A DNA stretch of 64,000 nucleotides from an uncultured virus (IMG/VR IMGVR_UViG_3300020056_000009) (Duplodnaviria; Heunggongvirae; Uroviricota; Caudoviricetes). A program made the translations under genes and the position numbers. The DNA is taken from IMG/VR virus record IMGVR_UViG_3300020056_000009. One strand, 5' to 3'. Shown one piece after another: positions 1-9,440 of the stretch. The notes under the pieces were generated by a model that had not been told where the DNA came from, did not search any database, and saw only the letters and a list, made by a program, of their open reading frames with translations. The number at the start of each line of letters is the position of its first letter. Position 1 is the first letter of the stretch.

Positions 1-60
1 ACAATTTCCATTTGTTTATGGCTTGATGACCATACTCTACAAAGGTAAATGGAGGCCACA

Positions 61-495
61 TCATATCTTCCCACCACCAATCTCCATCAAACTGTTCCTT
101 AGCCTCTTCATAATTACCCCACATTTACTTTCTACTGCCGAAACTATACTTTCATAAGTTGGATTACCCATTTCTGCTTCAGGCTCAATACTACCATAAA
201 AATCCGTATTATCTACCTCATCTAATTGCTTCAATAAACCGACTTGAGTTATTAGAAACGCCGAAAATAATCGAGCCAAATCTGCAGGCACCTCTAAATA
301 TTTAACCATACTTTTAGGACCCATAAACCTTTGTTGCTGGTGGTTGCCGATCGAACTATATTTGCTCCTCCAACACATCGCAGTTAGCAAAGCAAATGTT
401 TCTGCTCGATCATGATGTCTGTCATCTTCTGCGAGTTCACAATCTGTTACAAAGTTTTCACCAACTTTCATTAAAATTGGATTAATTGTAATCAT
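61..495 (-). CDS. hypothetical protein
   Basis: 144-aa ORF coupled to the upstream gene; N-terminus MITINPILMKVGENF resembles the neighbour's MWTIHPLFLEMGEKF. Confidence 0.65.
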   Translation of the reverse strand: MITINPILMKVGENFVTDCELAEDDRHHDRAETFALLTAMCWRSKYSSIGNHQQQRFMGPKSMVKYLEVPADLARLFSAFLITQVGLLKQLDEVDNTDFYGSIEPEAEMGNPTYESIVSAVESKCGVIMKRLRNSLMEIGGGKI

Positions 496-941
496 TGTAA
501 CACCTCTAAAATATTTTTTCGATTGATGGATTCATGATTAATATCAATAAATACAAATCCTTCAATCGGATATGAAAAATCGTTTGTGTTATCAAACAAA
601 ACCTCTTTAGGTTTAATAACTAAATTCACCCCATCAATTCCATGTTTATCATAATTTTCGGCTGTTTCTTTAATAGTGTTTATACTTCCACCCCAAATGG
701 TATTAGAAAAGGTAGAAAAAGTTTTTTTGATTGTAGGCATCCATTCTTGCAAATAACCGTGTGCTAAACTTGACATAGCCTGATCTAAAACCATATCATT
801 TCTTAAATCGGCAGCATCCATTGTATTCCATTTACCATTTCTATATGTAATCATATTCATAAAAGCCAAGGCCCAAAGAGTTGAATCATTTTTTGAAAAT
901 TTTTCACCCATCTCTAAAAACAAGGGATGGATAGTCCACAT
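492..941 (-). CDS. hypothetical protein with C-terminal SIN tag
   Basis: minus-strand TATAAATAG ~30 nt upstream; ends HESINRKNILEVLQ. Confidence 0.75.
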   Translation of the reverse strand: MWTIHPLFLEMGEKFSKNDSTLWALAFMNMITYRNGKWNTMDAADLRNDMVLDQAMSSLAHGYLQEWMPTIKKTFSTFSNTIWGGSINTIKETAENYDKHGIDGVNLVIKPKEVLFDNTNDFSYPIEGFVFIDINHESINRKNILEVLQ

Positions 942-1027
942 AAGAGTATCTTATAATCTCGACTATTTATAGTTGTTTATAACTATATTTATAAATAGGT
1001 GGTCGCTATCAATTAACATCGGGTAAT

Positions 1028-1885
1028 ATGAATGTCATGGCTATTTATCCCGGATTTGGAGCGTCCCTCTTGGGAGCGTTCCTCAGTAGACCAAATGAAA
1101 TCCGACCCCAAGTTATTATCGAGAACCGGGACTATGCAGTTTCCACTCTCATCTCGCACATGGAATCGGGACACTTACCTGCAGTTCCTATCTGGGATGA
1201 CCTTGCCACCTTCAATGCTATACCGTGGACTCAACGAGTGGATTTCGTCCTCGCAGGATGGTCCCACTTGGGTCTCCAAAACAGAGAGTATGAATCGTTG
1301 GGCAACCTGTTGGTCGCACTTGGCAGACCCACAACTATCATGGAGTTCCGTCCCGATGTTTTATACGACCGACCAAGATTTATTGCTTTCGGTGGCTTCT
1401 TACAATCATTGGGTTTCCAACTTCAAGTATCAACCCTCTCGGCAGCACAACTCGGACACACCCACAGCCGACGAAGATTATTTGTGGTCATCACCCCGGC
1501 TATCGCAGGGACTCCTATGGCCGACAATTTCCAATCGAGACCACAAGGGACCGGGAGGTTGGAATCGGACCCTAAAGAAATTAGCAGAAAACAAGGGTCC
1601 GGAATCGATGGCAACAGCGAGTCGTTTATGGATGGAATTGACGGATTCTACTCACAATTACCCCTCCCTCCCGCTCCGAATTCAGACGATTGGACCTCCC
1701 TCTTGGACACACGGCCCGATCTCGCTCCCGCTTTGCCAGAGTCGGTTATCGGCCACCTTTTCGGAATGGCTGATGGGTTTTCCAATCGGTTGGACAGACT
1801 GTGGGTCTTAGGTGGAGAAGGTGTGCCACAAGTATGGGCAACAATTATAACTTCAGTCTTTGATAATTTATTGCCTGTGGATTAG
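1028..1885 (+). CDS. degenerate C5-cytosine DNA methyltransferase-like protein (alpha frame)
   Basis: motif I-like IYPGFGA, IWDDL, motif VIII HSRRRLF, motif X-like RLWVLGGEGVPQV; catalytic PC and ENV absent. Confidence 0.7.
   Translation: MNVMAIYPGFGASLLGAFLSRPNEIRPQVIIENRDYAVSTLISHMESGHLPAVPIWDDLATFNAIPWTQRVDFVLAGWSHLGLQNREYESLGNLLVALGRPTTIMEFRPDVLYDRPRFIAFGGFLQSLGFQLQVSTLSAAQLGHTHSRRRLFVVITPAIAGTPMADNFQSRPQGTGRLESDPKEISRKQGSGIDGNSESFMDGIDGFYSQLPLPPAPNSDDWTSLLDTRPDLAPALPESVIGHLFGMADGFSNRLDRLWVLGGEGVPQVWATIITSVFDNLLPVD
1032..1811 (+). CDS. alternative-frame C5-MTase beta-subunit-like protein
   Basis: 259 open codons nested in the +1 frame; LWPTISNRDHKG and FSEWLMGFPIGWT (motif IX-like). Confidence 0.65.
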   Translation: MSWLFIPDLERPSWERSSVDQMKSDPKLLSRTGTMQFPLSSRTWNRDTYLQFLSGMTLPPSMLYRGLNEWISSSQDGPTWVSKTESMNRWATCWSHLADPQLSWSSVPMFYTTDQDLLLSVASYNHWVSNFKYQPSRQHNSDTPTADEDYLWSSPRLSQGLLWPTISNRDHKGPGGWNRTLKKLAENKGPESMATASRLWMELTDSTHNYPSLPLRIQTIGPPSWTHGPISLPLCQSRLSATFSEWLMGFPIGWTDCGS

Positions 1886-2429
1886 TATATCCCATGTCCA
1901 AATCTTTTACATATTTAATTTCGTATAATCCTTTAGGAACATACCAATTAGTATCCCAACCAAAGTTTTCATTTAATTGGTATTCACTATGACCTACCAT
2001 TGTGCCGTCACCATCAATAAACCAATTTCCAGGCTGCAAACTTGATATCTGTCCATCAAATTTTTCTTCAAGTGGTAATATCGGATTATTAGGATTTTTT
2101 ATTAGCCACTCATTAAATTCATTATTTCCATCTCCAATAAAAGTATCATGACCCCTCCAAACAAGTGGATAATACTCTTCCATAAATTTCTTTAATTTAT
2201 CAAATTTTTTTGGAATTAATTTTTCTAATTCTTCCTCATATAAACCTTGGTCATTTCCCTTTGGTTCTCTTTCAAATAAACTATGACTATATAGAGTAAT
2301 CATATATGATTCTGTATCATCAACCCCAATTAAATCCATTACTTGTGGAATCCATTCGGTCTGTAATTCAATTACTACTGTTTCAGGATCTCTTTCTGAC
2401 ATAGGTATGTCTCCTAACCATCGATCCAT
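1845..2429 (-). CDS. hypothetical protein with C-terminal AIN tag
   Basis: start placed 30 nt from the shared TATA at ~2452-2459; ends NPQAINYQRLKL. Confidence 0.7.
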   Translation of the reverse strand: MDRWLGDIPMSERDPETVVIELQTEWIPQVMDLIGVDDTESYMITLYSHSLFEREPKGNDQGLYEEELEKLIPKKFDKLKKFMEEYYPLVWRGHDTFIGDGNNEFNEWLIKNPNNPILPLEEKFDGQISSLQPGNWFIDGDGTMVGHSEYQLNENFGWDTNWYVPKGLYEIKYVKDLDMGYTNPQAINYQRLKL

Positions 2430-2481
2430 ATTATTAATAATGATAAACAACTATATAAAGGTAATCACTTAATTATAAATC

Positions 2482-2793
2482 ATGACTGACCTACATATCG
2501 GACTTTGTGCTGCTCGACACCCTATGCCTGTCACCGACTTTGTTTTTCCCAACACCATTTCAAATCCTATGGATTTTGAAGGACTAACTGCTGAAGCACT
2601 TGAGTGGATTGAAAATCAAGTTATTGCTGAAAACGATGCTGAAACCTTTTATCTTTATGTTACCGGACTAACTTCTGCCCTCACCAGTTTTTTGTTGGCA
2701 TGGCAAGAAATCGGATTGGATTTGGCAGACCGTTTGGTGCTTATGCATTATGATCGAAGTCAGGATATTTATTTGCCTCAAGAGTGGTATTGA
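2482..2793 (+). CDS. small alpha/beta hypothetical protein
   Basis: TATA 30 nt upstream; RHPMPV, LYVTGLT and LMHYD segments look like conserved motifs. Confidence 0.75.
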   Translation: MTDLHIGLCAARHPMPVTDFVFPNTISNPMDFEGLTAEALEWIENQVIAENDAETFYLYVTGLTSALTSFLLAWQEIGLDLADRLVLMHYDRSQDIYLPQEWY

Positions 2794-2831
2794 CCGAAAT
2801 CTTTATAAGGGTAACTACACAAGGGATTATT

Positions 2832-3812
2832 ATGAGCCGACTTGGTTATGCCTGTATCAATATGACCTTGGGAGGTCCCGATGTCAAGCCTAAGCGTATG
2901 CGTATCACTACTAATCGCAGTTGTATTCTTGCTACTGCTCGTCGTGATGGCTTGCCCTATATCGCCCAACTCGCTTATCACAATGTTATCGACCTTGAAA
3001 AAATTATTCATTGGAATCATAATCAAGGCATTACTTTATTTCGTCTTTCTTCCGACATTTTTCCCTTTATGTCCCATCCCGAGTTCAATTACAAAATTTC
3101 TGACCTTGACAAAATTATGGCTGATTTAGTTAGTCCACCCCCTCGCAACATTACTCAAGTTTTGCAAGATATTGGTAAGTTTGTTCTTGCTAACAACCAC
3201 CGTCTATCCACACACCCCGGACCTTACAATGTTTTGGCTTCTCGCAATCCAGAAGTAATCACCAAGACTTGTCTTGACCTTGATGCTCATGCCCATATTT
3301 TTGACACTATGGGTCTTCCGGCCGACCACAACACTAAGATTAACATTCATGTCGGCGGTGCTTATGGTGAGCCCGATGCGGCTCTTGCTCGCTTCTGTGC
3401 TAACTTTTCCAAGTTGGGTGCTACTACCCAAGCCCGTTTGACTGTCGAAAACGATGACCGTGCCAATCTATACTCTGTGCAAGATCTTTACGATGGTGTT
3501 CACAAGGTTATTGGCATTCCTATTGTTTTTGACTATCATCACCATCAGTTCAATACCGGCGGTTTGTCTGAGCAACAGGCTCTCGAACTTGCCATGTCTA
3601 CTTGGCCCGCCCACATTGTTCCAACTGTGCATTATTCCGAGTCCCGTGAGGTTCATGACAATTCCGGTGACCCCACGCCAGCACACTCTTATCTTATCAA
3701 CGAGGTTCCTGACACCTATGGACATACGGTTGATATTATGGTCGAGGCCAAGGGCAAGGAACTCGCCATTTTGACCCACATGGGTCTTGAAGACATAGAG
3801 GTGGCGGCATGA
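2832..3812 (+). CDS. uvsE: UV damage endonuclease UvsE/UVDE
   Basis: RLGYACIN, LFRLSS, STHPGPY, INIHVGG, RLTVENDD, FDYHHH, HYSE, DIMVEAKGKE. Confidence 0.95.
   Translation: MSRLGYACINMTLGGPDVKPKRMRITTNRSCILATARRDGLPYIAQLAYHNVIDLEKIIHWNHNQGITLFRLSSDIFPFMSHPEFNYKISDLDKIMADLVSPPPRNITQVLQDIGKFVLANNHRLSTHPGPYNVLASRNPEVITKTCLDLDAHAHIFDTMGLPADHNTKINIHVGGAYGEPDAALARFCANFSKLGATTQARLTVENDDRANLYSVQDLYDGVHKVIGIPIVFDYHHHQFNTGGLSEQQALELAMSTWPAHIVPTVHYSESREVHDNSGDPTPAHSYLINEVPDTYGHTVDIMVEAKGKELAILTHMGLEDIEVAA
3782..3795 (+). repeat. GGGTCTTGAAGACA dispersed 14-mer, copy 1
   Basis: exact match to four other copies; core GTCTT-G-AAGAC is palindromic. Confidence 0.9.
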
Positions 3813-4030
3813 AGGTTTGGGTTAAATCTTTTGTCAGACCTTGGTTCGGTTTAATTGCTCTTCAACCCCTAATTTTTATTTATTTATTTTTGGTGTTTCC
3901 AAATGAGTGGTGGTATCATTACAAAACCCAAGCCGGACCTCTCAATATTCTTGGAACTCTTTGGCTAATTCCTGCTTACCACTATTATGATCATTGGTGG
4001 AATATGCATCAGCATCTTGTCGAAGAATAG
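3809..4030 (+). CDS. small membrane protein
   Basis: two hydrophobic stretches; ATGA coupling with uvsE and an upstream GAGGTGG SD. Confidence 0.65.
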   Translation: MKVWVKSFVRPWFGLIALQPLIFIYLFLVFPNEWWYHYKTQAGPLNILGTLWLIPAYHYYDHWWNMHQHLVEE

Positions 4031-4057
4031 ATATAGTAGCGAGAACAAAGTTCTCGC
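4028..4057 (+). promoter_or_regulatory. TATA-like box plus inverted repeat abutting ATG
   Basis: TAGATATAG then GCGAGAAC-aaa-GTTCTCGC-ATG(4058). Confidence 0.7.
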
Positions 4058-4246
4058 ATGGTATACATCTTTTGTCCTTGTGGCAAAGGTCAAATTATCG
4101 GCACTTTACGAGGAATTGTGGAACCACCAAAACCCGAAATCAATTGTCTTACTTGTAGTGAAAAATATTATTGGAAATCATTTCTCAAATGGGATGGTTG
4201 GGAAGGCAGATATTGGTATGAGTGGACTCTTAAAGCCAAATTATAA
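4058..4246 (+). CDS. small Zn-ribbon protein
   Basis: CPCG...CLTC; promoter-hairpin directly upstream. Confidence 0.7.
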   Translation: MVYIFCPCGKGQIIGTLRGIVEPPKPEINCLTCSEKYYWKSFLKWDGWEGRYWYEWTLKAKL

Positions 4247-4271
4247 ATAGTCGAGATAACAATATTATCTC

Positions 4272-6083
4272 ATGCCTGTTCGAAAAGTAGGTCCAAATTC
4301 TTATCAATGGGGAACCTCAGGTAAAGTATATTCAGGAAAAGGTGCTAAGGCCAAAGCCGAGCGTCAAGGTCGTGCTATCTACGCTTCTGGATACAAGGGT
4401 GCTGAAAGTTATAAGCCCCCAGCATCAGCCATAGCCAATGCTAAGCGTGGACTCAAACTTCGTAAAGAATGGGGTCGTGGTGGGCTGTCGCCCAGCGAGG
4501 CTGCTGCTCAAGGAATTGATTCCGGAGTAACTCGGGCTCGTAGGATCGCTTCCGGAACAGTAAGTCGTCATGATGTCCGTCGGATGTCAGCGTTTAATCG
4601 TCATCGCAAAAACTATCGTCCCGACAAGAAGATGTCTGATGGTGGCCCCACCGCTGGAACAATTGCATGGTTACTGTGGGGCGGCACCTCCGGTGTGAAT
4701 TGGGCTAAGAAAAAATCGGCTACTATGGGTGCTGAAACCTTTGGTGCGGAAGAATATTTAACTTCACAAGAAATTAAGCAACACATTGAATACACGCACT
4801 TGGACGAAAACGGAGAACCCGATTACTACTATTGGAATCCCGAATGGGATGATTTAATTTTTTCAAGAGAACAAATACCCATGACTTTGTTTGAAGATTG
4901 GAATTGGGATGACACACCTGTTAGTAGTAGGCGTTTAGAAGATATTTTAATCGGTTCACATATGAATACTCAGTATCCTACTATTGTATTAAGGGAGGAT
5001 GATGGAGAATATGATGTTATTGATGGATTCCATAGGTTGAATGCGATGCACATTCTTGGACATGAATTAGTAGACGCTTATGTTGGAAGAAATAAAAAAT
5101 CCTTAGCGGCAGAAAACTGGGGCGGAGATCCTGATGGTCCACTCGCTAAGGCATTAGCCCAAGCCCGTGAATCATTAAAGCAATCTCGAAAACCATTACA
5201 AATCACACGGTTACCTGACCCTAACCAAAAAACCCTGAAGGATTTTGAAGCCGATGTAATTACAAATCATAGACCCTATCCAGATGTATATGGTCGCTAT
5301 GGATGGAAAATAACAAGTAAATTTTGTTGGAAGTGTGGTGATTTGGACCATCATTATAGCAATTGCAAATCCACACAAAAATATACTGATGCTTTGAGTC
5401 GAAAAAAGGATATGCTGAAAGCGGTCAATGCAGCCATCAAACTTTATTCAAACAATCCAAGTGATGTTAATGACTTAAAGGAACTACGCCGTATGATTAA
5501 AAATAACCACTTTGGAATCGCTCGCCATTATTTTAATAGTTTAGATACTGTTGTAAGAGATAATATCGGTTATGATACAGAAATTAGTTTTGAAGCCGAT
5601 TGGCAAGACCTTCCTCGCAATAAGTTAGGTCAATGGCAACGCCCTGTTTCTATCACCACCCTCAATAACTTAATTGCCACAACCCCCGGCGTTCCCAAGT
5701 TATCAGAATTGTTGAATCTTTATGGTGGCGACACTCCTAATAACCGAGTTCGATTATACAATGATATGCTAACTCTTCGCATCACTACGGAAGATTTTGA
5801 AGATGATATTCCCACCTTTGAACAATCCGATGCTTATGCTTGGATTTTAGAAGAGCCTTTAGATGTCGCTGAAGAAAATCCCCAAATGACTCCGGAATAT
5901 TGGGATCGATATATCCGACATTTAGGAATGACTTCTTCACAAACGGAATTAGAATCCCGTTTAGAAAACTTAATGAATAATTTAGATTTGTTTTCTGATG
6001 AAGAAGAACAATTTGCTGAAATTAGTATGCTCATGGCTGCTCTACGCCAACAAAAGTTCATGGAAAAATATCAGGCGGAATAA
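4272..6083 (+). CDS. multi-module protein: phage-head-associated-like domain, ParB/Srx-like domain, CCHC Zn knuckle
   Basis: AKRGL..RARRIA..IAWLLWGG; PTIVL..VIDGFHRLNA; CWKCGDLDHHYSNC; modules separated by xxAE/FEAD. Confidence 0.8.
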   Translation: MPVRKVGPNSYQWGTSGKVYSGKGAKAKAERQGRAIYASGYKGAESYKPPASAIANAKRGLKLRKEWGRGGLSPSEAAAQGIDSGVTRARRIASGTVSRHDVRRMSAFNRHRKNYRPDKKMSDGGPTAGTIAWLLWGGTSGVNWAKKKSATMGAETFGAEEYLTSQEIKQHIEYTHLDENGEPDYYYWNPEWDDLIFSREQIPMTLFEDWNWDDTPVSSRRLEDILIGSHMNTQYPTIVLREDDGEYDVIDGFHRLNAMHILGHELVDAYVGRNKKSLAAENWGGDPDGPLAKALAQARESLKQSRKPLQITRLPDPNQKTLKDFEADVITNHRPYPDVYGRYGWKITSKFCWKCGDLDHHYSNCKSTQKYTDALSRKKDMLKAVNAAIKLYSNNPSDVNDLKELRRMIKNNHFGIARHYFNSLDTVVRDNIGYDTEISFEADWQDLPRNKLGQWQRPVSITTLNNLIATTPGVPKLSELLNLYGGDTPNNRVRLYNDMLTLRITTEDFEDDIPTFEQSDAYAWILEEPLDVAEENPQMTPEYWDRYIRHLGMTSSQTELESRLENLMNNLDLFSDEEEQFAEISMLMAALRQQKFMEKYQAE

Positions 6084-6114
6084 TCATGCGAGCCGCTAAA
6101 CTTTTGTAGGAAGA

Positions 6115-6144
6115 TATAAATAGCAGAATAATTTATTATTCTGC
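6115..6144 (+). promoter_or_regulatory. TATA box plus 9-bp inverted repeat abutting ATG
   Basis: TATAAATA-GCAGAATAA-ttta-TTATTCTGC-ATG(6145). Confidence 0.8.
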
Positions 6145-6312
6145 ATGGAGTCCCTCAACGACCATTGCGTAGTATGTGGTCAAGTTATTGACTTAGGCAC
6201 CGTATCTATTTCTCTTCAGTATCGACGAGCCCACCCTCATTGTAGTTCCGATCGATATTCTGTTAATCTTGGCCGACCTAAAATCAAGTTGGTAGACAAG
6301 AAAACTAAATAA
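6145..6312 (+). CDS. 55-aa Zn-finger protein (absent from ORF track)
   Basis: MESLNDHCVVCG...AHPHC; canonical promoter directly upstream. Confidence 0.7.
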   Translation: MESLNDHCVVCGQVIDLGTVSISLQYRRAHPHCSSDRYSVNLGRPKIKLVDKKTK

Positions 6313-6335
6313 AGGTAATCACATTAATCATATCT

Positions 6336-6533
6336 GTGCACCCTACTCGGAAGATGATTAATCGGCTTATGGAAAAGGTTGAACAACATAATCAAAAGAT
6401 TTTGGAATGTTACCGTTCTATCGTCGAGTTAGAAAACGAACTCAGGAATAATCCAGACCACGAACACCAATGGCATCGAGAAAATCATGTTGCGGCACAA
6501 TCGGTATGCACAATCTGTGAGGTAATACAATGA
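6336..6533 (+). CDS. small coiled-coil/Zn-finger protein
   Basis: GTG start; HEHQW...CTIC. Confidence 0.6.
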   Translation: MHPTRKMINRLMEKVEQHNQKILECYRSIVELENELRNNPDHEHQWHRENHVAAQSVCTICEVIQ

Positions 6534-6979
6534 AGAAAATTGCAATAATGATGATAGTCTTGATGATGACGGCAGGCTGTTTGGGATCCGAGGGTCTTGA
6601 AGACATGGAGATTGGCGAGATAGTCAATCCCGAAATTATTTGGACTAACAATTCTTATCAATTTGATAATTTGTTGCCTATGGGCAACGGCAATCATACC
6701 GATTTGGTTTTGAACAACACTACGGTTGTTTATTTAGAGGTTTGGGCACGGTTCCACGAACCGTCAGCATGGGAACAAGGTTCTGTGAACCTTACCCTTG
6801 ATGGCCCCAACAATTATTCTTGGAGTTTTCAAACTACCAACACTACCAAAAATCTTTCTATCAATTTTACCGGAGCCGGAAATTATTCTTTCAGAATTAT
6901 GGCAGAAGGATCTGATGACCCCGTAGATAATCTCCCTGGAGATGCTTATGTGGTCTATACCCGTTTTGAAACTTGGTGA
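6530..6979 (+). CDS. putative archaeal lipoprotein, beta-rich
   Basis: MKK + hydrophobic stretch + AGCLG lipobox; several NxS/T sequons. Confidence 0.8.
   Translation: MKKIAIMMIVLMMTAGCLGSEGLEDMEIGEIVNPEIIWTNNSYQFDNLLPMGNGNHTDLVLNNTTVVYLEVWARFHEPSAWEQGSVNLTLDGPNNYSWSFQTTNTTKNLSINFTGAGNYSFRIMAEGSDDPVDNLPGDAYVVYTRFETW
6592..6605 (+). repeat. GGGTCTTGAAGACA copy 2
   Basis: exact match. Confidence 0.9.
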
Positions 6980-6983
6980 TATA

Positions 6984-7517
6984 ATGAATAAATTAAACGG
7001 ACTTAGATGCTACCTTGCCGGACCAATTGACCACGCTGATGATGATGGCGTTGGTTGGAGAGCCCGAGTAGGACTATGGCTTCAACAAAAAGGAGTTCAT
7101 GTTATGGACCCATGCAACAAGCCGACTTCCGATTCTACCTATAAAGAAATTGATGAAGAAAAAGTCAAGATGATGGAACTCAAAGAAAATCGAGATTTCG
7201 ATAGCCTTACCACTTATATGAAAGAAATTGTCCATGTCGATCTTCGGATGTTAGACCGCAGCGATTTCGTTATTGTTTATATTGATATGAACGCCAAGCC
7301 TTTTGGAACCATTTGGGAACTACAAAACGCCTTGAGTCAAAAGAAGCCCACTTTGGTATTTGTAGAAGGCGGAAAGTCCAAGATTTCTAATTGGGCTTAT
7401 GGAATTATGGATCACAATTATATTTTCGATAGTCTTCGAGATTTGTTGATTTATCTTCACGGCATTGATAACGGTGATACTGATGCCGATTTAACTCGGT
7501 GGGTCTTCTTTGAGTGA
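6984..7517 (+). CDS. nucleoside 2-deoxyribosyltransferase-family protein
   Basis: YLAGPID..WR..DP..DL..LDRSD..GTIWEL..A; GGTGA SD upstream. Confidence 0.85.
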   Translation: MNKLNGLRCYLAGPIDHADDDGVGWRARVGLWLQQKGVHVMDPCNKPTSDSTYKEIDEEKVKMMELKENRDFDSLTTYMKEIVHVDLRMLDRSDFVIVYIDMNAKPFGTIWELQNALSQKKPTLVFVEGGKSKISNWAYGIMDHNYIFDSLRDLLIYLHGIDNGDTDADLTRWVFFE

Positions 7518-7884
7518 TTGTAGTTTATGTTTTATTCAATCTGAAAAATTGAATACTGTTACTCATAATGGCTATGATTATCGGTTTTGTGATGAGTGTT
7601 ATTCATCATACTATTGGACCTGTCCGGATTGCTTCAGAAGTTTTTGGATTGGGTTTAATCCTGGAGTTCTTAACTCCCGACATCACGGCCCCCGGCATTA
7701 TCGAGAACTTGATGAGTTAGACCACCGTTGGCGAAGAAAACGAGTAGAGTGTGAGGGTTGGAAATCCGATGGTCGTAAGGCTGCTGACCGATACTATGGT
7801 TTTAATAGAACCCAATATCCTAAACGGCGAGGTCCGGTTATTCATGATGTAACCGATCTTACTCGCTACCCGAAATATCGTTAA
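7510..7884 (+). CDS. Cys-rich Zn-finger protein
   Basis: CSLC, CDEC, CPDC. Confidence 0.6.
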   Translation: MSDCSLCFIQSEKLNTVTHNGYDYRFCDECYSSYYWTCPDCFRSFWIGFNPGVLNSRHHGPRHYRELDELDHRWRRKRVECEGWKSDGRKAADRYYGFNRTQYPKRRGPVIHDVTDLTRYPKYR

Positions 7885-8467
7885 TGAGGGTTTTCATTTC
7901 CTTATTAATGTTTCTCCAACAAAAACTACAAAAACCATATTTGTGTCCCACAGTCATAGGACTACTTCCCCGTTCCCAAATATTTATATCCATTGATTTT
8001 ACCACAGAATTATCATATTTTGAAACAGTTTCATGCCAACAAATATCTTTAATTTGTCTATAATCATTATGGTCAGTATTAGAAAAATAAGGCCCATCAG
8101 GTTTAGAATTTAAACATTCATTCATAGTTTCCAAAAAATCCATTCGGTCTTCTTGACTAACTCCACAACCTGAACAAGCGTCGATTCGCCATCGATTTGG
8201 GTTTTCATAATTATTGGGCCCTACAAGGAAATCTAATAATTTCATAATTAAATTTTCTTTTTGTTTAACAATATAGTTAGGAATCCAACGACTACTTCGG
8301 TTGGGATGTCTTCGGGCTTCCCGATCTTCAGGAGTCATTTTATTAGCCCAATGATAATGATTATCTAAGTTTTGATAGTCTTCAAGATTATCAATAATAA
8401 ATTGTTCTATTTCTCCTCTATAACTCCAATTAATAATTCCTTTGGATAATCGATAACCAAAAGTCAT
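7859..8467 (-). CDS. hypothetical protein (IINW tag, CxxC pairs)
   Basis: shares the palindromic TATA at 8487-8502; GIINWSY near the N-terminus. Confidence 0.7.
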   Translation of the reverse strand: MTFGYRLSKGIINWSYRGEIEQFIIDNLEDYQNLDNHYHWANKMTPEDREARRHPNRSSRWIPNYIVKQKENLIMKLLDFLVGPNNYENPNRWRIDACSGCGVSQEDRMDFLETMNECLNSKPDGPYFSNTDHNDYRQIKDICWHETVSKYDNSVVKSMDINIWERGSSPMTVGHKYGFCSFCWRNINKEMKTLINDISGSE

Positions 8468-8486
8468 ATTATGTGGTTGTTGTGAG

Positions 8487-8502
8487 CAACTATATATAGT
8501 TG
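8487..8502. promoter_or_regulatory. bidirectional palindromic TATA box
   Basis: CAACTATATATAGTTG; ATGs at 8467(-) and 8521(+), each ~30 nt from the TATA start. Confidence 0.8.
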
Positions 8503-8520
8503 ATTATCATATGATAAATT

Positions 8521-9405
8521 ATGTTGCCACTTCCTGTGACCTCATTCCCACCCCAAGAGGTATGGACTTCCGTAGATTCGGGAGAAACTTACCCTCTCGA
8601 ATGGTGGTGGAACAATTATGTTTTGTCTCGAAATCCCGACGGCACCATTACTGCTGATACTAAATATTCTCGGGGAATTCCCCCTATGACGCTTCGTCAA
8701 GTCTCCATTATGGCTTCTGAAGATTCAGAAACTATTAAAATAGGGTGTCGAGATCCTAATTCTGCTGACTATTGTGAAGATTGTGAAGTCAAAGATAATT
8801 CCAAATGTGGCGTTTGTAAATCAGGATACACTCGCACCGAAGATGGCGAATGTTGGAAAATTGGTTACCGAGTTGTCGATTGTAAAACCAATGACATTTA
8901 TTATGGGCCTTTAGGCTATTATCAAAATTGTGATCTCAAACCTAAAGACAAAGATGGATATTGTTATATTCAAGATCCTGAACACTATAAGACTTTTGGT
9001 TCCGTATACAACATTAGTGATAATCGGGATTTTAAAGGACGCTTAAGAACACATCCGTGGATTAAGAAAAAATGGGGAACTTCTGACGAATCTCAAAGAT
9101 ATCATTATGTATCTTCTGACGGCACTAAAAAATTGGGTCGTAATTCTGATACTTGGAAAAAAATCAAAGAAAATTGTGGTGGCGAAGTTACCGAAACCCG
9201 AGTAGATACCGGACCCACTTATTTGGGCACTTTAGCAGGACAAAATCCCGAAGACCCCAAAGTAATAACAATTGATAACAATCAACAACAACAGCAAACA
9301 ACAGATGGTATGCAATCTCAAATTGAACCCGAAACCCCCGGTTTTCCGTGGCTTTGGGTTGGTTTAGGAGGCTTAGCCGTTTTGCCCCTCTTCTTAAATC
9401 GATAA
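8521..9405 (+). CDS. Cys-rich tail-anchored membrane protein
   Basis: GCRDPNSADY and EGF-like Cys; C-terminal WLWVGLGGLAVLPLFLNR. Confidence 0.8.
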   Translation: MLPLPVTSFPPQEVWTSVDSGETYPLEWWWNNYVLSRNPDGTITADTKYSRGIPPMTLRQVSIMASEDSETIKIGCRDPNSADYCEDCEVKDNSKCGVCKSGYTRTEDGECWKIGYRVVDCKTNDIYYGPLGYYQNCDLKPKDKDGYCYIQDPEHYKTFGSVYNISDNRDFKGRLRTHPWIKKKWGTSDESQRYHYVSSDGTKKLGRNSDTWKKIKENCGGEVTETRVDTGPTYLGTLAGQNPEDPKVITIDNNQQQQQTTDGMQSQIEPETPGFPWLWVGLGGLAVLPLFLNR

Positions 9406-9440
9406 GAAACTATAAATAGCAGAATGGATAATAATATCAC

